From Candidatus Delongbacteria bacterium (GTDB lineage Bacteria; CAIWAD01), in assembly GCA_963663545.1 (NCBI GenBank), contig OY760505.1:3456001-3520000 (forward strand): 64,000 bases of DNA, read 5' to 3'. The notes below the pieces were generated by a model. The model was not told the origin of the DNA. It saw only the letters and a program-made list of their open reading frames with translations, and did no database searches. Positions 21,901 through 29,443 of the stretch are shown here, piece after piece. The position numbers were made by a program, and so were the translations under genes. Within the stretch, counting starts at the first letter, position 1; the number at the start of each line of letters is the position of its first letter.

Positions 21901-24560
21901 AGCCGCCCGCGATGGTTCTCGTACCCGCTGGCAGCTTCATGATGGGCGAAGCGGGCGTGGCCGAGCCCGTGCACGAGGTGACGCTGAGTCACGATCTGCT
22001 GACGGGCAGCTGTGAGGTCAGCAATGAGGAGTTCGCGCTGGCGCTGCAGTGGGCCTACGACAACGCGGCAACTACCGGCGTAACGGCCACGGCCAGCAGC
22101 GTGCAGGCCTACGGCGTCGAGCTGGTGGACCTGGATGGGATCAATAGCGAGATCGCCTTTGCCAACGGTACTTTCAGCCTGGTCGCCCTTAGCTACAACA
22201 CCGGCACGTATGGGCCTGGAATGGCTTTCCCTGCGGGCTACGACCCTGCACCGCATCCGGTGAAGGAAGTCAGCTGGTACGGCGCGGCCTGCTACTGCGA
22301 CTGGCGCAGCGAAATGGAAGGCCTGACGCCCTTCTACCAGGGCGACTGGAGCTTGTACGCAGCGCACAGTCCCTACACCACAGACAGTTATCGTCTGCCC
22401 ACCGAAGGCGAGTGGGAATACATGGCCAGGTACAACGATGGACGGCCTTTCCCCTGGGGCACACAGGCCGCAGAGTGCGCGCGGTTGGAATACGACTTAT
22501 GCAGCGGCTGGACCAAGCCAGTCGGCTCCTACGCTGCCAGTCTCCTTGGCCTGTACGATCTGGCGGGCAATCTCTGGGAGTGGTGTGGTGATTGGTGGGG
22601 CAGCTATCCAAGCGGATCGGCCATCGATCCGGTCGGCCCTGCGGTGGGAAGCTCTCGCATGGGACGTGGCGGCGATTGGGCCTGCACGGAAGCTCATGTG
22701 CGCGCCACCTGTCGCATGGAGCTCGATCCCGCACGAACCGAAGGAGATGTGGGCCTGCGCGTGGTGCGAACCGTCGATCCCGATCCTGTCATTCCCGAGA
22801 TGATCCTCGTTCCCGCTGGCACATTTACAATGGGAATGAGCGGAGTGGAAGCCCCCGAACACAGCGTAACTCTCACTCATGACTACACGATGGACGCCAC
22901 GCATATCACCAACGCCGAGTTCATCGCGGCTCTGCAATGGGCTTACGACAACGCGGCAACTACCGGCGTCACAGTCACGGCCAGCAGTGTGCAGGCCTAC
23001 GGAGTTGAGCTGGTGGACCTGGATGGTTCCTGCTGCGAGATCGCGTTTTCCGGTGGCCTTTTCAATCTGCAGGCGCTCAGTTTCGATACGGGTACTTGGG
23101 GACCGGGGCGCGCCTATCCGACGGGTTACACACCGACGCATCATCCGGTGAAGGAAGTGAGCTGGTACGGTGCGGCCTGCTACTGCGACTGGCGTAGTGA
23201 AATGGAGGGCTTGACGCCCTTCTACCAGGGCGACTGGGGCGCGTGCACTCACTACCGGAGCGACGCCTACCGTTTGCCCACTGAAGCCGAATGGGAGTAC
23301 GCCGCGCGCTACAACGACGGCCGCATGTATCCCTGGGGCAACGAGGCCCCGGACTGTGACCGGCTGAACTTCTATCAGTGTGTCACCTGGTCAACACCAG
23401 TGGGTGCTTACCCCGCAACCGGCCTTGGCTTCTTCGACATGGCCGGTAACACCTGGGATTGGTGCGGTGACTGGCGTGCCGAGTACACGGCGGATTCGCA
23501 GATGAATCCCGTGGGCCCCCCCACCGGGAGCAGTCGTGTGATACGCGGTGGAGATTTCGCCACGGTCAACGTTAGCGCGCTGCGGCGCTACGATAGGAGT
23601 CCCAGCACAACGGATTATTGGCCGGGCTTCCGCTGTGTGCGCACGGTACATCCCGATCCTGCCCCTGGAGACATAATCCTCGTTCCCGCTGGCAGCTTCA
23701 TAATGGGCGAGGCGGGAGTTGCGGAGCCCTTGCATGAGGTGACGCTGAGTCACGATCTGCTGGCAGGCAGCTGCGAGGTCAGCAATGAGGAGTTCGCGCT
23801 GGCGTTACAGTGGGCCTACGACAATGCGGTGACGACGGGCGTAACGGCCACAACCAGCAGCGTGCAGGCCTACGGCGTCGAGCTGGTGGACCTGGACGGG
23901 GTAAGCAGCGAGATCGCCTTTGACAACGGCAGCTTCAGCTTGGTCGCCCTCAGCTACAACACCGGCACCTACGGCCCGGGCCAGGCCTATCCAGAAGGCT
24001 ACGATCCTGCCCAACACCCGGTAAAGGAAGTGAGCTGGTACGGCGCAGCCTGCTACTGCGACTGGCGCAGTGAAATGGAGGGCTTGACGCCCTTCTACCA
24101 GGGCGACTGGAGCTTGTACGAAGAGCACGATCCCTATGCCACGGACAGCTACCGTTTGCCCACCGAAAGCGAGTGGGAGTACATGACCCGCTACAACGAC
24201 GATCGACCTTTCCCCTGGGGCACGCAGGCCGCCGAGTGCGCGCGACTGGAGTACGACTTCTGCAGTGGCTGGACATCGCCCGTCGGCTCCTACCCTGCCA
24301 GCCCGCTTGGTCTCTACGATCTGGCTGGCAATGTCTGGGAGTGGTGTGGTGATTGGTGGGGAAGCTATCCAAGCGGATCGGCCATCGATCCGGTCGGCCC
24401 TGCGGTGGGAAGCTCGCGCATGGGACGTGGCGGCGACTGGGCCTGCACGGAAGATCATGTGCGCGCCACCTGCCGCATGGAGCTCGATCCCGCACGAACC
24501 GAAGGAGATGTGGGCCTGCGCGTGGTGCGAACCGTCGATCCCGATCCAGCTCAACAGTGA
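18960..24560 (+). CDS. Secreted protein with six tandem FGE-sulfatase (SUMF1/CLec-fold) domains
   Basis: Signal peptide, short FN3-like N-domain, then six repeats of MILVPAG..HPVKEVSWYGA..YRLPTEAEWEY..DMAGN.WEW..RGG..GFR starting near 19281, 20181, 21054, 21912, 22800 and 23672. Confidence 0.92.
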   Translation: MRIPLSMVVCLCLVLVLQVGAQELAAPEVEISAQINADSVHVDLAWSAIVDATYYKVYMGHPYSAVDSLLFNTFSTSCRISLPSPPEGVLSFHEAKAFRVVAVQISEMILVPAGSFMMGEAGVAEPVHQVTLTNDFYIGAHEVTNQEFVDALQWAYDRGLVSVSGNDVLSQGGLLFELNQTDPIEIEFAGNTFSLVERDYVKGGGACGPGFAYPSGYAVGDHPVKQVSWYGAACYCDWRSEMEGLTPYYNGEWVQSETHDPYRSGAYRLPTEAEWEYAARYPDGRRYPWGDTQGDCSHSNILSAGSYCVGWTSSIGAYASDLTPLGLLDLGGNVSEMTGDLGVSGYSSEPQIDPYGSGSGTVYAIRGGHWGDNRSLPMRGWVYPGGSPYSLGFRIVRTVDPDPVIPEMILVPAGTFTMGMSGVEAPEHSVTLTHDYTMDATHITNAEFIAALQWAYDNAATTGVTVTASSVQAYGVELVDLDGSCCEIAFSGGLFSLRALSFDMGTWGPGHAYPAGYTPTHHPVKEVSWYGAACYCDWRSEMEGLTPFYQGDWSACTQYQSDAYRLPSEAEWEYAARYNDGRIYPWGNEAPDCNRLNYHLCLGWSTPVGAYPATGLGFFDMAGNTWDWCGDWRAEYTADSQMNPVGPPTGSSRVIRGGDFATDDVSALRRYEMNPSATDYWPGLRCVRTIEPDPAPAEMILVPAGSFMMGEAGVAEPVQEVTLSHEFYLGTYEVSNAEYMQALQWAYDNSALTGVTATASGVQAYGQLLLDLSAAGCEIVFVDPEFSLRLSSEAEGVYPLGYNVAKHPAKEVSWYGAACYCDWKSLREGLPAFYQGNWERNSYQCDSYRLPTEAEWEYAAQWNDDRAYPWGPAQPQQTLLNCCIGGDCVGWTTRVGAYPASQLGLYDMAGNIWEWCGDWWQALPAGGVDPVGAPGSGARAGRGGDWYNNSSVARISCRTYNNPVHHSALSGFRIARTVNAEPPAMVLVPAGSFMMGEAGVAEPVHEVTLSHDLLTGSCEVSNEEFALALQWAYDNAATTGVTATASSVQAYGVELVDLDGINSEIAFANGTFSLVALSYNTGTYGPGMAFPAGYDPAPHPVKEVSWYGAACYCDWRSEMEGLTPFYQGDWSLYAAHSPYTTDSYRLPTEGEWEYMARYNDGRPFPWGTQAAECARLEYDLCSGWTKPVGSYAASLLGLYDLAGNLWEWCGDWWGSYPSGSAIDPVGPAVGSSRMGRGGDWACTEAHVRATCRMELDPARTEGDVGLRVVRTVDPDPVIPEMILVPAGTFTMGMSGVEAPEHSVTLTHDYTMDATHITNAEFIAALQWAYDNAATTGVTVTASSVQAYGVELVDLDGSCCEIAFSGGLFNLQALSFDTGTWGPGRAYPTGYTPTHHPVKEVSWYGAACYCDWRSEMEGLTPFYQGDWGACTHYRSDAYRLPTEAEWEYAARYNDGRMYPWGNEAPDCDRLNFYQCVTWSTPVGAYPATGLGFFDMAGNTWDWCGDWRAEYTADSQMNPVGPPTGSSRVIRGGDFATVNVSALRRYDRSPSTTDYWPGFRCVRTVHPDPAPGDIILVPAGSFIMGEAGVAEPLHEVTLSHDLLAGSCEVSNEEFALALQWAYDNAVTTGVTATTSSVQAYGVELVDLDGVSSEIAFDNGSFSLVALSYNTGTYGPGQAYPEGYDPAQHPVKEVSWYGAACYCDWRSEMEGLTPFYQGDWSLYEEHDPYATDSYRLPTESEWEYMTRYNDDRPFPWGTQAAECARLEYDFCSGWTSPVGSYPASPLGLYDLAGNVWEWCGDWWGSYPSGSAIDPVGPAVGSSRMGRGGDWACTEDHVRATCRMELDPARTEGDVGLRVVRTVDPDPAQQ

Positions 24561-24571
24561 AGGCGCATAAA

Positions 24572-24660
24572 TAGCGATACCGATCCGACTTCGTAGAAGT
24601 CGATCCGACTTCGTAGAAGTCGATCCGACTTCGTAGAGTCGGCCCCGATAGCGACCCGAC
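24572..24660 (+). repeat. REP-like element, copy B, with a triplicated 20-bp hairpin unit
   Basis: CGATCCGACTTCGTAGAAGT at 24581 and 24601, plus a 19-bp variant at 24621. Confidence 0.8.
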
Positions 24661-24719
24661 AACACCCGCGTCAGCGGAACCAAGAGCCCCCGGCAGGGAA
24701 AGGTGCTACATTAGCCTCC

Positions 24720-26534
24720 ATGGCTCTGTTCACCTTCGATCCTAAAGATCACCCCACCCAGCCGGGTGTCTACCTCTTCCGCAACGACCAAGCTCGCGTG
24801 CTCTACGTGGGTAAGGCGCGCAACCTGCGCCAGCGCCTGCGTAGCTATGCCCAAGGCGGCGACGGGCGGCCCAACATTCCTGTGATGCTGCGTCACGCGG
24901 TCAGCGTCGAGACCATCGTTACCGCCAGCGAAGTGGAAGCGCTGATCCTCGAGAACAACCTGATCAAGGAACACCGCCCGCGCTACAACCTCTTCTTCAA
25001 AGACGATAAGAGTTATCCCTTCATTCGTGTCACACGGGAAACCGTGCCGCGTATCTTTCTCACTCGCCGTCAAGTGCGCGACGGAAGCCGCTACTTCGGT
25101 CCCTACACCGATGTGAAACACTTGCGCTCCTTCCTGACGGAGATCAAGGAGCAGCTACGCATTCGCGATTGTGATCTAAGTATCACAGAGGAGAGTGTCG
25201 CCCAGAACAAGCATCGCGTATGCTTGAACTACCACATCGGCAAGTGCGGTGGTCCCTGCGAAGGCAAGGAGGATCTGGCGGACTACGCCCGGCGTGTGGA
25301 GCTGGTTGTCGATATTCTCAAAGGTCGCGCTGCCGGACTGCGCCGTGATGCGGAGCGCAGGATGCGCGAGGCCGCTGCTACACTGGAGTACGAGGAGGCT
25401 GCGCGCCAGCGTGATACAATTGCCGTGCTGGATCAATTCATGGCCCGTCAGAAGGCCGAGCGCGGTGTGGACGAGGATCTGGACGTGATCGCCCTGGCGG
25501 TCGAGGACAACGACGCCTGCTGCGCCTTACTGCGCGTGCGCGGCGGTCGCATTCTGGGCCGCTATCACAGCTTCCTCAATGGTGCGCTCAAGGCGGCACC
25601 CGAAGAGCTTGTATCACGCTTTCTGGAGCAGTACTACAGCCAGTGCGAGGATCTACCGCCCTTGCTGCTGGTGCCTGTCCAGCCCGGTGATACAGAGCTG
25701 ATTTCCACATGGCTGTCGGAACGTCGTGGCGCAAAGTGCGAACTGCGCTGGCCCCAGCGTGGCGAGAAAGTGGGCCTGCTGAAACTGGGAGAGAGCAACG
25801 CGCAAATGCTGCTCTCGAATCTGCAGCTGGCGCGCATGAAGCGCGAACGCATTCCTGAGACGCTGAAAGCACTGCAGCGCGATCTGGATCTGCCCGCACT
25901 GCCCAGGCGCATCGAGGGCTTCGACATCAGCCATTTCATGGGCGAAAGTACCGTGGCCTCGCTGGTGGTTTTCGTGGACGGAAAGCCACGCCGCAGCGAG
26001 TACCGCCACTTCCACGTGCGCACAGTCAGCGGCATCGACGATTTCGCTTCGATGGAGGAGGTCGTGAGACGCCGCTACACCCGTCGTCTGCGTGAGGAGA
26101 CCGAACTGCCTGATCTGATCCTCATCGACGGTGGCAAGGGACAGCTGGGCCGCGCGGCTTATGTATTACGCGAGCTGGGATTGGAGCGCCTGCCGGTGAT
26201 CGGCCTGGCCAAGCGCCTGGAAGAAGTTTTCGTGCCCGGCGAGAGCGAGCCGCGCAATCTGCCCAAAATCAGTAGCGCCAACCGCCTGCTGCAGCATGTG
26301 CGCGATGAAGCGCATCATTTTGCCATTACCTTCAACCGCAAGCTGCGGCGGCAGGCGGCCATCGTGGACCCGCTGGAACAGATTCCCGGCCTGGGGCCGA
26401 AAACGCAGGAGCGCCTGCTTTCGCACTTCGGCAGCCTGGGCAAGATCAAGGCCGCCAGTGTGGAAGAACTTTGCACCGTGCAGGGCATCGGGCGAAAGCT
26501 GGCGGAGTTAATTCACAGCACCTTTCATTCTTAA
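24720..26534 (+). CDS. uvrC: Excinuclease ABC subunit C
   Basis: GIY-YIG (GVYLF..LYVGKA), RIEGFDISH, LILIDGGKGQL, RDEAH, C-terminal HhH. Confidence 0.97.
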   Translation: MALFTFDPKDHPTQPGVYLFRNDQARVLYVGKARNLRQRLRSYAQGGDGRPNIPVMLRHAVSVETIVTASEVEALILENNLIKEHRPRYNLFFKDDKSYPFIRVTRETVPRIFLTRRQVRDGSRYFGPYTDVKHLRSFLTEIKEQLRIRDCDLSITEESVAQNKHRVCLNYHIGKCGGPCEGKEDLADYARRVELVVDILKGRAAGLRRDAERRMREAAATLEYEEAARQRDTIAVLDQFMARQKAERGVDEDLDVIALAVEDNDACCALLRVRGGRILGRYHSFLNGALKAAPEELVSRFLEQYYSQCEDLPPLLLVPVQPGDTELISTWLSERRGAKCELRWPQRGEKVGLLKLGESNAQMLLSNLQLARMKRERIPETLKALQRDLDLPALPRRIEGFDISHFMGESTVASLVVFVDGKPRRSEYRHFHVRTVSGIDDFASMEEVVRRRYTRRLREETELPDLILIDGGKGQLGRAAYVLRELGLERLPVIGLAKRLEEVFVPGESEPRNLPKISSANRLLQHVRDEAHHFAITFNRKLRRQAAIVDPLEQIPGLGPKTQERLLSHFGSLGKIKAASVEELCTVQGIGRKLAELIHSTFHS

Positions 26535-26539
26535 GCGCA

Positions 26540-26741
26540 CCGACTCCTGCGGAGTTTGATCGGTATCGGCATCGGTATCGGGGCATCTATCATCAGCAAT
26601 CGAAGTGAGAAGCAAGGCGCTCACTTTCTGTTCCTCCCAAGGCAATGCGCAGATTCATTTATGCTGAGGTCGATCGTGGTGTTGTCGGGGGGCGACGTCT
26701 CGATACCGATCCGACACGCAGTGTCGGCAGCGATACCGATA
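26540..26741. repeat. Inverted pair of REP-like elements (copies C and D)
   Basis: CCGACTCCTGCGGAGT-TTGATCGGTATCG at 26540 (minus sense) and CGATACCGATCCGACACGCAGTGTCGGCAGCGATACCGA at 26701 (plus sense). Confidence 0.65.
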
Positions 26742-26752
26742 AGAGATTTTGC

Positions 26753-26781
26753 TTGCATGCCGCAGCAGTGCAGGCTAGATT
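26753..26781 (+). promoter_or_regulatory. Sigma-70-like promoter (identical copy at 29368-29396)
   Basis: TTGCAT-17 nt-TAGATT inside the duplicated leader. Confidence 0.55.
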
Positions 26782-26818
26782 TGCTGTGACACACAATGTC
26801 CCGATACCGGAGGTTCTC

Positions 26819-29239
26819 ATGCACAGCAAGTTCTGCGTCTTTCGTCTGCTTGCTTCCTGCGGTTTGCTCTTCGCTACCGTATGCCGCGCTACAGTTTCCT
26901 TTGAAGCGCCAGACGTGCTCTACGATTGCAGCGAGCCTATTCCCAACTATACGATCGCCGCCGATTTAAACGGAGATGGTCTTGAGGACCTGCTGATTCG
27001 CGGCCGCGATGGTTCGGTCAGCTACTTGCCGCATCCTGGTGAAGAGGTACAACAGCCGGTGGTTATATTGAGTGATACACAGACCACTGCAGGCGAGTTA
27101 CGCGTGATGCATAGTTATCAGACTCACGAAGACTTCTACCTGGCCGAGACCAGTGACGGCGGAGTGGCTTTGCGCTTCGACGAGAACTTCGGTGTAACAC
27201 AGGAAAGCTTCCCCATCGATTATCTGCCAGAGTATCCGGGTGAGATTCATGTGTGCCACTACTTTCCCGATGCGATCTACAGCAACATTGTCACACGTGG
27301 CAGTGACGAGGTGATACGCGTTTGGTCCTACGATGGAAGTTCCTGGCAGGCACATGAGATCGGCGTCTGGCCCAGAGACTACAACTACGATCCCATTTTC
27401 GTGGGAGACCTGGACGGCGATGGTCTGGATGAGCTGGTGCTGAATGAAAGCACCGACACATTTGATCAGCTGCTTTACATGGTGCCGGCGGCTTCGACCA
27501 GTCTGAACACACAATACCTGATGGATTTTCCTGACTTCACTCACGGCGAAATCTTCAACTTCGTTGCGGATGACCTGGATCAGGATGGTGATACAGACCT
27601 GCTCTACGAAAGCGACGATCCGATGGCGGGGACCATGGTGGTAGGTTGGCTCGAGCAGACTTCTCCCATGGCCTTTCACCCCCAGGAATTGAGCAATTGG
27701 GGTGGGCGGTATTCTCGCGGCCTGCTGATTGCCGATTTGAATCACGACGGACGCAAGGATATTCTGCGAGGTGGAGTGAGTGATTTTCTGTTTTACGATA
27801 CCTACCTCAACGGCTGGCTACAGAATGAAACAGGCACCTTTGCTAGCGGAATACTGCTGAGTAATGAGCTTGATGTGTTTCATCCGCTGGTAGCCGAATG
27901 GAACGACGACTCCACGAGCTGCCAACTGCTGAATCATGGCTTTCCGCAGTTGAATGTCTATAACCTGACGGCCAGCGGCATCGAAGCTGATTGTGCAATT
28001 GGGCGCAGCCTGGGGGGACGCCCCGCAGAGGCGGTTGAGTTCCTTGCGCCCGATGATCGTTTGCTGATGGTTACCACCACCGATAGTAATGGCTACAACC
28101 TGATTCCAGCTTCTCCCTTGGATCGACATGTCATGGTTCATGCAGGTTGTGGTGGATCGCCCTTTCCGGAGGTGCGCTTTACCCACTTCAATGCGGACGA
28201 TTTCATAGACCCCTACATCTTCGACGAGATTTGGATTCTTCCCCTTCCCCTGGACGGCCATATCATGGGTGTTCTTGGTGTGCCATCGGATGCGGTGGAT
28301 GCTTTCATCATGGACTACGATGCCAACCGCTTTCTGGATTTGATCGCGCTGGACTCGCAAAACAACCTGATTTGTGTGGATTCCCTTGGCTGGAACGAGA
28401 GGCTTCTCTTTTCTCTGGGTGACCTGCCGGAGCCTGCGCTTTCATGCGGTGACGCCAGCGGCGACGGACGGGATGATATTTTGCTGCGCGATGGAAATGG
28501 CATTCTGCGCATTTTTGAGAACCTGCTGGATGGTAGCTTTGCGGATCCGGTACTCCTGGAGGGAATCTCTTCGGACACTAAACTGTTGTTGGTGGATCTT
28601 AACGGCGATCAGCGAAATGATCTGCTGTATCTGAACGAAGGATTGCTTTGTCACCGACTGTGGACGCCGGATGGCTGGGGGGATGCCCACAGCTATTTCG
28701 ACAATGAGGTCCTGCAAAGCTTTGCTGCCGCTGATATTGGTGATGGCGACGAGCTGGAAGTTTTCGGCTTGCGAAGCGATGACGCAGGTGCTGAACTGCT
28801 GGTGCTGAATCCGCGCACAGGCCAGCAGCTAAGCAGAGTACTGTCCCGGGGGCACAGCCTGGCCCTGGCGCACGTTGATGAGGATGAAGACCTGGATCTG
28901 CTGGTCCTGCACGAGGACGGTGTCGACTGGCTGGAGAACACCACTACCCTGGGCATCGACGATGCGTCCCAGCCCGTGACACATCATCTATTGGAGTGCT
29001 ACCCCAACCCCTTCAACCCAACGACCACAATTCCCTTCGTGATACAACAGCCCGCCCACCTTCGCCTATCCATCTACAACCTGCGTGGACAGGAAGTCGC
29101 TGTGCTGGCCACGGGCGAGTTCCCGGCGGGCGAGCACCGTGTCACCTTCGATGGCGCAGCATTGGCGAGCGGCGTGTACTTGATTCGCCTGAGTGGAGAA
29201 GGTGTGGAGGAGACCAGGAAAGTGCTGCTACTGAAATAA
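26819..29239 (+). CDS. Secreted FG-GAP/VCBS-repeat protein with FlgD-Ig/T9SS-like C-terminal domain (paralogue 1)
   Basis: Repeated DLNGDGxxD motifs; YPNPFNPTTTI...LASGVY...KVLLLK. ATG 26819 after GGAGG. Confidence 0.88.
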   Translation: MHSKFCVFRLLASCGLLFATVCRATVSFEAPDVLYDCSEPIPNYTIAADLNGDGLEDLLIRGRDGSVSYLPHPGEEVQQPVVILSDTQTTAGELRVMHSYQTHEDFYLAETSDGGVALRFDENFGVTQESFPIDYLPEYPGEIHVCHYFPDAIYSNIVTRGSDEVIRVWSYDGSSWQAHEIGVWPRDYNYDPIFVGDLDGDGLDELVLNESTDTFDQLLYMVPAASTSLNTQYLMDFPDFTHGEIFNFVADDLDQDGDTDLLYESDDPMAGTMVVGWLEQTSPMAFHPQELSNWGGRYSRGLLIADLNHDGRKDILRGGVSDFLFYDTYLNGWLQNETGTFASGILLSNELDVFHPLVAEWNDDSTSCQLLNHGFPQLNVYNLTASGIEADCAIGRSLGGRPAEAVEFLAPDDRLLMVTTTDSNGYNLIPASPLDRHVMVHAGCGGSPFPEVRFTHFNADDFIDPYIFDEIWILPLPLDGHIMGVLGVPSDAVDAFIMDYDANRFLDLIALDSQNNLICVDSLGWNERLLFSLGDLPEPALSCGDASGDGRDDILLRDGNGILRIFENLLDGSFADPVLLEGISSDTKLLLVDLNGDQRNDLLYLNEGLLCHRLWTPDGWGDAHSYFDNEVLQSFAAADIGDGDELEVFGLRSDDAGAELLVLNPRTGQQLSRVLSRGHSLALAHVDEDEDLDLLVLHEDGVDWLENTTTLGIDDASQPVTHHLLECYPNPFNPTTTIPFVIQQPAHLRLSIYNLRGQEVAVLATGEFPAGEHRVTFDGAALASGVYLIRLSGEGVEETRKVLLLK

Positions 29240-29318
29240 GCGTAGGCTTCTGGATTTCTCGGTATCAATGCCGACTCGATCTGCCGCCTCGGCAGGCAGA
29301 GCTGGCCCCGATCCCGAG

Positions 29319-29443
29319 TACCGATCCGACACGCAGTGTCGGCAGCGATACCGATAAGAGATTTTGCTTGCATGCCGCAGCAGTGCAGGCTAGATTTGCT
29401 GTGACACACAATGTTCCGATACCGGAGGTTCTCATGCACAGCA
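29319..29443 (+). repeat. 125-bp direct repeat of 26704-26828 (REP copy, promoter, RBS, first codons)
   Basis: Identical except for one base seen (ATGTCCCG vs ATGTTCCG). Confidence 0.9.

Noticed and set aside
24581..24642. CRISPR array
   Set aside because: The repeats are directly adjacent with no spacers, and no cas genes are present.
18960..24660. Diversity-generating retroelement targeting the FGE domains
   Set aside because: No reverse transcriptase, Avd or separate template repeat in the window. Differences between sister modules include many synonymous non-adenine changes (TTT/TTC, GCT/GCC, GTC/GTT).
26645..29433. Long N-terminal extensions of the FG-GAP ORFs given in the ORF track
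   Set aside because: They read through repeat/promoter DNA or the upstream gene; the RBS and signal peptides support ATG 26819 and 29434.
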